From Candidatus Omnitrophota bacterium (GTDB lineage: Bacteria; Omnitrophota; Gorgyraeia; Zapsychrales; JAKLDJ01): a DNA stretch of 64,000 nucleotides. The DNA lies in contig JAKLDJ010000003.1 in NCBI GenBank assembly GCA_022703585.1, positions 78,250 to 142,249 of the forward strand, in the 5' to 3' direction. Within the stretch, counting starts at the first letter, position 1, and each line of letters starts with the position of its first letter. The notes below the pieces were generated by a model that saw only the letters and a program-made list of their open reading frames with translations, searched no databases and was not told where the DNA came from. The translations under genes were made by a program, and so were the position numbers. Positions 56,605 to 64,000 of this stretch are shown here, in pieces.

Positions 56605-58342
56605 TAAGCCAGGCCGTTCTCGCTTTCTCTTCCCCTGGATTTTGCTCCTGTCCTTCCTGTTTTTTTCTGTGAACTCTGTTTTAGCTCAATTGGCAATTTC
56701 CTCCGAAAAATACGGCGGTCAAATTGTCCTGGCCACGACTTCGGATCCCCGCTCCTTTAATCCTATTGTTGCCCAGGAGACATCAACGACGGGCGTTACC
56801 AGCCTTATCTTTGAAGGGTTGACCAGAACCAACGGCATTACCCTGGAAGTCGAGCCTAACCTTGCCGAAAGCTGGCAGGTAAGCGAGGATGGGTTATCCT
56901 GGGTGTTTCATTTGCGTCCCGGCGTACTCTGGTCTGACGGAAAACCCTTTGGCGCTGACGATGTCGTATTTACGTTCAATGATTTAATTTACAATGAAAA
57001 AATTCCCACTTCCGCGCGCGATGCCTTTACCGTTGAGGGAAAAATATTCAAGGTCGAAAAGATTGACGACTTGACCGTCCGGTTTACGCTGCCGTTGAAA
57101 TTTGCCCCTTTCTTAAGGGCGATGTCCCAGGAAATTCTTCCTAAACACAAATTACACAGTGCCGTTGCCCAGGAGAAATTTAATTTTACCTGGGGCATCG
57201 ACAGCGACCCTAAAGAAATCGTCGGGACCGGCGCCTATATGCTGACAGGGTATTTGCCCGGTCAACGGGTTGTCCTTGAAAGGAACCCGCGCTACTGGAA
57301 GAAATCAAAGACAGGAGAGCAACTTCCTTTTATTTCGGAAATAATCTATATTATCGTTCAAAGCCAGGATACGCTGTTTTTAAAATTCATAGACGGTGAG
57401 TTGGACTATTGTCCGATACGGGGCATGGATTATCCGCTCCTAAAACCCAAAGAAGGCAAAGGGAATTTTAGGATCTACAATACGGGGGCGGATTTTGGAA
57501 GTAATTTTATTGTCTTTAATCAAAATAGAGGCCTCCATCCGCGTACCCGCGAGCCTTTTGTCGAGCCCAAGAAACTGGCGTGGTTTACCAATCTTGAATT
57601 TAGAAAAGCGGTCGCCCATGCGATTGATAAAAAGCGCATTATTGATATCCTGATGAACGGTCTGGGATATCCGCAGGACTCTTCCTTAAGTCCCAGTAGC
57701 GGATTTTTTTATGATGCGAATGTTGTCCGGTACGATTATGATCTCGTCAAGGCCGAGACGATATTGTCCAATGCCGGTTTTGTTGACCGTAATGCCGATG
57801 GCATTCTTGAGGATGCGCACGGCAATAGGCTTGAATTTAATTTATACACTAATTCCGGTTCCAATGAGCGCTTACAGATTGCTTATATTATCCGGCATGA
57901 TTTGGAACGCCTGGGAATCAAGGTGAATTTTGTGGCTCTTGAATTTAATAATCTTGTGGCTAAATTGACATCGGATTACGCCTGGGATGCGATTATTATC
58001 GGTTTGACCGGCGGCATCGAGCCGCACTTTGGGAAGAATGTCTGGGCCTCTAACGGCCAACTGCATATGTGGTACCCCGGCCAGGAAAAGCCCCAAACAT
58101 TATGGGAAAAAAGGATTGATGAGATTTTTGATGCGGGTGTCCAGGAATTAGATGCACAAAAAAGAAAGGCCCTTTACGATGAGTGGCAGATGATTGTTTC
58201 CAAGGAGTTGCCGGTTATCTATACGGTGCTGGGGGCGAATATGTTCGCGGTCCGCAATAAATTCGGGAACCTGCATCCGAGCAGTTACGGCGGTGCGTTT
58301 CATAACTTGGAAGAAATCTATATTAGAAAAGAGTATCGTTAG
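56534..58342 (+). CDS. ABC transporter substrate-binding protein, family 5 (OppA/DppA-like)
   Basis: Signal-peptide-like KPGRSRFLFPWILLLSFLFFSVNSVLA followed by a family-5 SBP-like body. Start uncertain. The only in-frame ATG before the signal peptide is 56534, which overlaps secG by 71 nt. TTG at 56642 is the alternative. Confidence 0.7.
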   Translation: MRRRRICQISNPPNPTSQKILKNNKPGRSRFLFPWILLLSFLFFSVNSVLAQLAISSEKYGGQIVLATTSDPRSFNPIVAQETSTTGVTSLIFEGLTRTNGITLEVEPNLAESWQVSEDGLSWVFHLRPGVLWSDGKPFGADDVVFTFNDLIYNEKIPTSARDAFTVEGKIFKVEKIDDLTVRFTLPLKFAPFLRAMSQEILPKHKLHSAVAQEKFNFTWGIDSDPKEIVGTGAYMLTGYLPGQRVVLERNPRYWKKSKTGEQLPFISEIIYIIVQSQDTLFLKFIDGELDYCPIRGMDYPLLKPKEGKGNFRIYNTGADFGSNFIVFNQNRGLHPRTREPFVEPKKLAWFTNLEFRKAVAHAIDKKRIIDILMNGLGYPQDSSLSPSSGFFYDANVVRYDYDLVKAETILSNAGFVDRNADGILEDAHGNRLEFNLYTNSGSNERLQIAYIIRHDLERLGIKVNFVALEFNNLVAKLTSDYAWDAIIIGLTGGIEPHFGKNVWASNGQLHMWYPGQEKPQTLWEKRIDEIFDAGVQELDAQKRKALYDEWQMIVSKELPVIYTVLGANMFAVRNKFGNLHPSSYGGAFHNLEEIYIRKEYR

Positions 58343-58344
58343 GC

Positions 58345-59310
58345 ATGTTTAAATTTATCATTAAAAGAATCCTGGTTGCCATTCCGCTCTTGCTGGGTAT
58401 TTCTCTGCTGACCTTTATTCTGATTCAGGCGACGCCGGGAAACTACTTTGATACTTTAAAATTAAATCCTCAAGTCTCTCCGGAAACCATTGCCCGGTAC
58501 CAAAATCTGTATCATTTAGATAAACCTTTGATGCAGCAATATTTCTATTGGCTGGGGAACTTATTACGGCTGGATTTGGGTTATTCATTTTTTTATAATT
58601 GCCCGGTTTCAAAAGTCATTGCCGGGCGATTGTTTAACACCTTTATCTTGTCGCTGGCAGTTCTTATTCTCACCTGGTCTGTCGCTATTCCTTTGGGGAT
58701 TTGGGCGGCTGTCCGCCGGAATCATTTCGTAGACAGGATTTTATCTTTTTGTTCTTTTGCGGGGCTCTCGATTCCCAGTTTCTTTTTGGCGATGATACTG
58801 CTTTTTGCGGCGAGCCATTTTCAGATTTTGCCCTTAGGAGGAATGCGTAGCGCTAATTTTGACGATCTTAATACTGCCGAAAAGATAATCGATATCTTAA
58901 GACATCTGGCCATTCCCGCTATTGTTATTTCTTTAGGCTCCATCGCCGGGCTACAGCGTCTAATGCGCGGCAACATGTTGGAGGTTTTGCGCCAGCAGTA
59001 TATTTTGGCTGCGCGAGCGAAGGGATTACCCGAACACCGCGTGATTTACCGGCATGCGTTACGCAATGCCGTGAATCCGCTGGTAACTATTTTTGGCTAT
59101 CATTTCTCGGAATTATTAAGCGGTGCGGCCTTGATTGAGATTATCTGCAACTGGCCGGGCTTGGGATCGGTGATGCTCACGGCGGTGCGGGCGAAGGATG
59201 TTTACCTGGTAATGGCGAGCATGCTGATGGGAGGGGTGCTTTTACTTTTAGGAAATCTCTTGGCCGATATTTTACTGGCCTGGGTGGATCCGAGGATCCG
59301 TTATGAATAA
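58345..59310 (+). CDS. ABC transporter permease (OppB/DppB-like)
   Basis: 6 TM helices and an EAA-like loop LAARAKGLPEHRVIYRHALRNA. Confidence 0.85.
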   Translation: MFKFIIKRILVAIPLLLGISLLTFILIQATPGNYFDTLKLNPQVSPETIARYQNLYHLDKPLMQQYFYWLGNLLRLDLGYSFFYNCPVSKVIAGRLFNTFILSLAVLILTWSVAIPLGIWAAVRRNHFVDRILSFCSFAGLSIPSFFLAMILLFAASHFQILPLGGMRSANFDDLNTAEKIIDILRHLAIPAIVISLGSIAGLQRLMRGNMLEVLRQQYILAARAKGLPEHRVIYRHALRNAVNPLVTIFGYHFSELLSGAALIEIICNWPGLGSVMLTAVRAKDVYLVMASMLMGGVLLLLGNLLADILLAWVDPRIRYE

Positions 59311-60403
59311 AGAGGGAAAATCAGCCAGTCAATTCAGTATCGCGTTTAAAGGTTTTAAAAGAAACCGGGCAGCTTTGTTTTGCGGCTGGATATTGGCCTT
59401 GCTTTATCTCGCGGCCATTTTTGCCGATTTTTTAAGTCCGTATTCGTACAGAAACGAAGACAGGGGGTATTCGTATTGTCCACCGATGTCTATCCGGATT
59501 TGGGATAGCCAAAAAGGACTAACGCGCCCCTTTGTCACGGGGATTTCCTTGAGGTTCGATCAGTTCCACAAACGAATCTATGAGCCTGATTTTAGTAAAG
59601 AATATCCGGTAAAATTCTTAACAGCCGGCGATGAATATCTATTGTTGGGGGTGTTTCCCTGTCGTTACCACTTATTTGGGGTTGATGCCCCGGGGAGGAT
59701 CCATGTCTGGGGGGCGGATTCAAGGGGGAGGGATCTTTTTTCGCGAATTCTGTACGGTTCGCGGGTCTCGTTATCTATCGGCTTGATCGGGGTGACGATT
59801 TCATTTGTCATTGGTTTGCTGGTAGGCGGAATTGCCGGCTATTATGGCGGCAGGTTGGATAACATCGTGATGCGTATCTGTGAAATGTTCATGATGGTGC
59901 CGGGATTTTATCTTATGCTGGCATTAAGGGCGGCATTTCCGCCTAATTTAAATTCGTTGCAAATATATCTTCTGATTGTTGTTATTTTTTCTTTTATCGG
60001 CTGGGCGAGTTTGGCCAGGGTCATCCGCGGGATGAGCATGTCGTTACGGGAAAGGGAGTTTGTGCTGGCCGCCAGGGCTATCGGCCTATCAGATTTCTCG
60101 ATTATCATAAAACACATTTTACCGCATACATTATCGTATTCGATCGTGGCGGTGATGTTGTCTATTCCCGGCTATATTCTAGGCGAATCGGCGTTAAGCC
60201 TTTTAGGTTTAGGGATCCAGGACCCGTATGCCAGCTGGGGAAATTTGCTTTCGGAAGCCATGGGGATTGTTTCGATCCAATTTGCCCCCTGGATTATTTT
60301 ACCGGGTTTCTTTATTTTTGTGACGGTTATGTGTTTTAATATTGTCGGAGACGGCCTACGCGATTGCCTGGATCCGCTTTTAAGATTTGAGGGAAAAATC
60401 TAA
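59303..60403 (+). CDS. ABC transporter permease (OppC/DppC-like)
   Basis: N-terminal extension followed by 6 TM helices. EAA loop AARAIGLSDFSIIIKHILPH. Confidence 0.85.
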   Translation: MNKEGKSASQFSIAFKGFKRNRAALFCGWILALLYLAAIFADFLSPYSYRNEDRGYSYCPPMSIRIWDSQKGLTRPFVTGISLRFDQFHKRIYEPDFSKEYPVKFLTAGDEYLLLGVFPCRYHLFGVDAPGRIHVWGADSRGRDLFSRILYGSRVSLSIGLIGVTISFVIGLLVGGIAGYYGGRLDNIVMRICEMFMMVPGFYLMLALRAAFPPNLNSLQIYLLIVVIFSFIGWASLARVIRGMSMSLREREFVLAARAIGLSDFSIIIKHILPHTLSYSIVAVMLSIPGYILGESALSLLGLGIQDPYASWGNLLSEAMGIVSIQFAPWIILPGFFIFVTVMCFNIVGDGLRDCLDPLLRFEGKI

Positions 60404-60404
60404 C

Positions 60405-61190
60405 ATGTCCGAATCTCTTTTAAGAATTAATAATTTAACAATTAGCATTCAAGGAGAATCAGGATATAGCGAAATCGTCAAAGACTTAGCCCTGGAGATA
60501 GGGCCTTCGCAGAATGCCGCTCTGGTGGGCAGCTCGGGAAGCGGCAAGACAACCATTGGGTTAGCGATCTTAGGGCTTTTGCCGGAGGCGATGTATATTT
60601 CTAACGGCCAGATTATCTTTAAGGGAGAAAATTTGCTTAATCTGTCCGCGGCCAAAATGCGAAAAGCGCGCGGTAAAGAAATCAGCATGATCTTTCAGGA
60701 GCCCTTAAGCGCGTTTAATCCTGTTTTTACGGTGGGATTTCAAATCGAAGAAATGATACGATTTCACTTAAGACTAAAAAGGCGCCAGAGAAAAGAAAGG
60801 GTTCGCGCGCTTTTAGACGCGGTCGGCATCCCGGATCCAAAACGGGTGGCCGCAAGTTATCCGCATCAGCTAAGCGGCGGGATACGTCAGCGGGCGATGA
60901 TTGCCCAGGCGATTGCGGCCGAACCGAGCCTCTTGATTGCGGACGAACCGACCAGCAACCTTGACGTTACTCTCCAGGCGCATGTTATTGAACTGTTTAG
61001 AAAGTTAAAAGACACGTTAAAAATCTCAACACTTTTGATTACGCATGATTTGGGCGTGGTCCGTCAGCTGGCGGATAAGGTGGCTGTGCTTTATGACGGC
61101 CGTGTTGTCGAAACCGGGGAAACGCAAGAGGTCCTTTCGCGGCCTAAGCACCCCTTTACCTGTGAACTGGTTAAAACGGTATCGGTTTAA
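60405..61190 (+). CDS. ABC transporter ATP-binding protein (OppD/DppD-like)
   Basis: Walker A GSSGSGKTT, signature LSGGIRQR and Walker B LIADEPTSNLD are present. The ATG is 1 nt after the upstream TAA; RBS GAGGG. Confidence 0.9.
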   Translation: MSESLLRINNLTISIQGESGYSEIVKDLALEIGPSQNAALVGSSGSGKTTIGLAILGLLPEAMYISNGQIIFKGENLLNLSAAKMRKARGKEISMIFQEPLSAFNPVFTVGFQIEEMIRFHLRLKRRQRKERVRALLDAVGIPDPKRVAASYPHQLSGGIRQRAMIAQAIAAEPSLLIADEPTSNLDVTLQAHVIELFRKLKDTLKISTLLITHDLGVVRQLADKVAVLYDGRVVETGETQEVLSRPKHPFTCELVKTVSV

Positions 61191-62050
61191 TGCTTTTAGA
61201 ACTAAAAAACATAAAGAAGTATTTTCCCGCCAAGACAAGCTTGTTCGGGAGGAAAAAAGGTTTTGTCCGTGCCGTTGACGGAGTCAGCCTAACCATTCAG
61301 GAGGGAGAAAATTTAAGCCTGGTGGGTGAATCGGGCTCCGGAAAAACGACCTTGGGCAGGATTATTTTGAAATTAATGCCCTGCGATGAAGGCGGCATTA
61401 TTTTTGACGGAAAGGATATCACTCGTTTGTCCACGGGAAAGATGCGCCCATTTAGAAAAGACTTGCAGATGGTTTTTCAGGACCCCTACAACAGCCTGGA
61501 TCCGCGGTTTACGGTGCGCAATATTATCCGCGAGGCCATGGTTTTTGAGCGCGGGAAGCGTAGAAATCAAAGGGAAGAGAAGATCCGCGCGCTGCTTTCT
61601 GCCGTTAATTTGCCCCTTGATACTCTTAACCGTTTTCCTCATGAATTTAGCGGCGGAGAAAGGCAGAGAATCGCCATTGCGCGCGCCTTAAGCATGAATC
61701 CCAAATTGCTTATTTTAGATGAGGCTGTATCGTCTTTAGATGTCTTGGTGCAGGATCAGATTATCAACCTGCTGATGGACATACAAACGAAATTTAACTT
61801 GACTTACCTTTTTATTTCCCATAATTTACGTATAGTGAGGAAAATCAGCAGGAAAGTGGGCGTGATGCTCAAAGGCAAGATTGTAGAAATGGCCCCGGCG
61901 GAAGAAATATTTAACAATCCGCTTCACCCGTACACCAAACAACTTCTGTCGGCGGCTTTGGAGTATAAGGTGATCCCCTATCAAGGGGATCCGGATAAAA
62001 CAGATGGCTCATTGCGGGATATCGGCAATGGCCATTTTGTTGCCGGTTAA
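61190..62050 (+). CDS. ABC transporter ATP-binding protein (OppF/DppF-like)
   Basis: GESGSGKTT, FSGGERQRIAIARAL and LILDEAVSSLD are present. TAATG overlap with the upstream gene. Confidence 0.9.
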   Translation: MLLELKNIKKYFPAKTSLFGRKKGFVRAVDGVSLTIQEGENLSLVGESGSGKTTLGRIILKLMPCDEGGIIFDGKDITRLSTGKMRPFRKDLQMVFQDPYNSLDPRFTVRNIIREAMVFERGKRRNQREEKIRALLSAVNLPLDTLNRFPHEFSGGERQRIAIARALSMNPKLLILDEAVSSLDVLVQDQIINLLMDIQTKFNLTYLFISHNLRIVRKISRKVGVMLKGKIVEMAPAEEIFNNPLHPYTKQLLSAALEYKVIPYQGDPDKTDGSLRDIGNGHFVAG

Positions 62051-62089
62051 TTCGAAGTCAGCCAGAAATTATCTTTTTAAAGGAGCCCT

Positions 62090-64000
62090 ATGAGCGATTT
62101 ATTTTGGAAGAAAGTCAGCTATGTCTTTGGATTGTTGGCGCTGGCAGTCCTTTTTGGCCTTCTGGTATTCTCGGCCAATATTGAGATTAAGGACCTGGAT
62201 TTATGGCTCCATTTGAAGATGGGCGAATTTATATCCCAAAATCACTATGTCCCCGAGTCCGATGTTCTTTCCTGTTCAATCGCCGGGAAACCCTGGATTA
62301 ATCATGAATGGTTATTTCAGGTCATCGTCTATCAAATTTATCATGCCTTCGGGCCGGACGGCCTTATCAACATGCAAGTCGGCGTGGTGGTGGCAACGTT
62401 CTTGTTGCTGTTGTTTTTAGGCTACAACCGCGATCGGCAGTTTGGCGTTATCTTTTTGCTTTTGTTGATTCTGATGGTTTACCGGACCAGATTTACCATT
62501 CGCCCGGATATCTTTAGTTTGCTTTTCTTTGCTCTGTATATCCATGTCCTTGCATTGCATCTCGACAAGAAATGGTCGGTATTTGCTCTATTTTTTATCC
62601 AGGTCCTATGGACAAATTTTCATGGTTTTTTCTTCTTTGGCCCTTTCCTGGTTTTGGTAGGAATCGGTTCCGAATTCTTAAAACGCCGGGTTAGGCTTCC
62701 TTGGCAATGGAATACGGCCGGGAGGCTAAGCGACGGAGAATATGTCCGCCTCAAATGGATTTTCTTGATTGTTGTTCTCGCCTCTTTAATAAACCCCGCT
62801 ACTTTCAAAGGGGCCTGGTATCCGATCAATGTCCTGATTCATATCCCCGGGGAATCGCGTATCTTCTTTAACAATATTCAAGAATTAAGACAGCCGCTTC
62901 AGTGGAGCAATGTATTCTCTGCGGAACCGTTTCCGCATTACAAACTCTTAATCCTGCTTTCGGCGTTTAGTTTTATGCTGAATTTTAGAAAGATTGACAT
63001 TGGAGACTTATTGATATGGGCCATCTTTTTATTCGTCTCTCTGGTGGCTGTTCGCAATCTGGTCTTTTTCTCATTTGTGGCTTATCTGGTGTGCCTGACA
63101 AATCTGATGAGCCGTTCGCTCAACAGCATTCTTCCGTTGCGTTTTAACAACCAGAAATTTCTCTACATTTCGGTTGCTTCTTTGAAATTGATCCTTGCCT
63201 TCTGGATGATACAGTACGGAACAATGATTTCGAGGGGGGCGTATTTTGATTTTGACAAATATGAGTTAAAGAGCGAATTTGGCGGAATTAGCCAGCGCAA
63301 TTTTCCTAATAAGGCTGTTGATTTTCTGGTGGATAATCACGTGAAGGGCAATTTCTTTAATGATTTTAACTCCGGAGCGTATTTGATCGGGCGGTGTTTT
63401 CCCGATATAAAAGTATTTATCGACGGGCGTACCGAAGTCTATGGCCCGGAATTTTTCAAGAGTTACCAAAAGATATGGGGGCAGGGCGATACCGCCAGCC
63501 TAAAAAAGGCGATTGAAGACCATCACATCACGGGGGCGTTGCTTAATTCGGTTCACGAGCCTTTACTGGCTAAGCTTCTCAATAATTTCTACAAAGATAA
63601 AGACTGGATACTGGTCTATCTTAATTACGACGGGGTTATTTTCTTGAAGAACGTTCCTGCCAATAAAACTTTGATTGATAAATTCCGTATTGATTTAACA
63701 AAATGGAAGGTTAAAGAAATCGATTTGCAAAGGCTGGCTTCACGATCCGTGGCGCCTTACCAGTACGTCAATCGGGCTCATACGCTCGATGCCCTTGGTT
63801 TTCAAGAGGCAGCTTTAAGGGAAGCCAAACATGCTCTTAAGATTGCCCCCGACTACATGGATGCCTATAAAATTTCCGGCAAGATTTACGGGCAACAAAA
63901 GGAATTTCGAAAGGCGTTTGAGAATTTTCGTATCGCTTCTATGCTTGCGCCCGGAGATACAGAAACGAGGGCCAATTTAGGGTTGGCGTATGAGAAGTTG
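62090..64000 (+). CDS. polytopic membrane protein with C-terminal TPR repeats (GT-C-like?), 3'-truncated at window edge
   Basis: My manual translation of the frame from the ATG at 62090 (RBS AAAGGAG 5 nt upstream) runs open to the window end. It is absent from the ORF track only because it lacks a stop. N-terminal half has about 10 TM helices. The C-terminus has TPR-like repeats (AHTLDALGFQEAALREAKHALKIAP...). Confidence 0.6.
   Translation, partial: MSDLFWKKVSYVFGLLALAVLFGLLVFSANIEIKDLDLWLHLKMGEFISQNHYVPESDVLSCSIAGKPWINHEWLFQVIVYQIYHAFGPDGLINMQVGVVVATFLLLLFLGYNRDRQFGVIFLLLLILMVYRTRFTIRPDIFSLLFFALYIHVLALHLDKKWSVFALFFIQVLWTNFHGFFFFGPFLVLVGIGSEFLKRRVRLPWQWNTAGRLSDGEYVRLKWIFLIVVLASLINPATFKGAWYPINVLIHIPGESRIFFNNIQELRQPLQWSNVFSAEPFPHYKLLILLSAFSFMLNFRKIDIGDLLIWAIFLFVSLVAVRNLVFFSFVAYLVCLTNLMSRSLNSILPLRFNNQKFLYISVASLKLILAFWMIQYGTMISRGAYFDFDKYELKSEFGGISQRNFPNKAVDFLVDNHVKGNFFNDFNSGAYLIGRCFPDIKVFIDGRTEVYGPEFFKSYQKIWGQGDTASLKKAIEDHHITGALLNSVHEPLLAKLLNNFYKDKDWILVYLNYDGVIFLKNVPANKTLIDKFRIDLTKWKVKEIDLQRLASRSVAPYQYVNRAHTLDALGFQEAALREAKHALKIAPDYMDAYKISGKIYGQQKEFRKAFENFRIASMLAPGDTETRANLGLAYEKL

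Noticed and set aside
62308-62517. 69-aa + strand ORF
   Set aside because: Out of frame inside the long open frame from 62090 to the window end, which has an RBS and a TM/TPR architecture.

Overview
Almost the whole window is one very large, tightly packed cell-surface glycan biosynthesis and tailoring locus (about 1-54 kb, about 45 genes). Nearly all genes are on the + strand, with frequent ATGA / TAATG start-stop overlaps that suggest translational coupling. After it come housekeeping pgk-tpiA-secG, an Opp/Dpp-type peptide ABC importer (binding protein, two permeases, two ATPases), and a 3'-truncated membrane protein with a C-terminal TPR domain.

The glycan locus contains, in order:
- Nucleotide-sugar modules: a 5'-truncated RmlD-like reductase, RmlB, a short-form RmlA-like nucleotidyltransferase, Gmd, Fcl and an extra SDR epimerase.
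- A nonulosonic-acid (sialic/pseudaminic/legionaminic-like) module: a NeuB-family synthase, a GNAT, a CMP-sugar synthetase, and two WbuX/PseA-type PP-loop amidotransferases bracketing a HisH/HisF-like pair.
- A tailoring island: two cobalamin-binding radical-SAM enzymes, one SPASM radical-SAM enzyme, a NodU/TobZ-type carbamoyltransferase, several class-I methyltransferases (three with a TcaB9-like N-terminal Zn ribbon) and two large unclassifiable proteins.
- Assembly machinery: a WbaP-like initiating phosphotransferase, a WecB/TagA GT26, GT2/GT4 enzymes (including two methyltransferase-GT2 fusions and four DPM1-like polyprenyl-P sugar synthase domains), several GT-C/PMT-like polytopic membrane proteins, three O-antigen-ligase-family proteins, an acyltransferase-3, an MsbA/PglK-like ABC exporter, and a minus-strand MBOAT/DltD-like O-acylation island.

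I found no rRNA, tRNA, CRISPR array, transposase/integrase or long repeat. Products are assigned from motifs I can read directly in the translations; no database search was possible, so family names are the best motif-level match and specific substrates are inference. The source organism cannot be assigned from the sequence alone.
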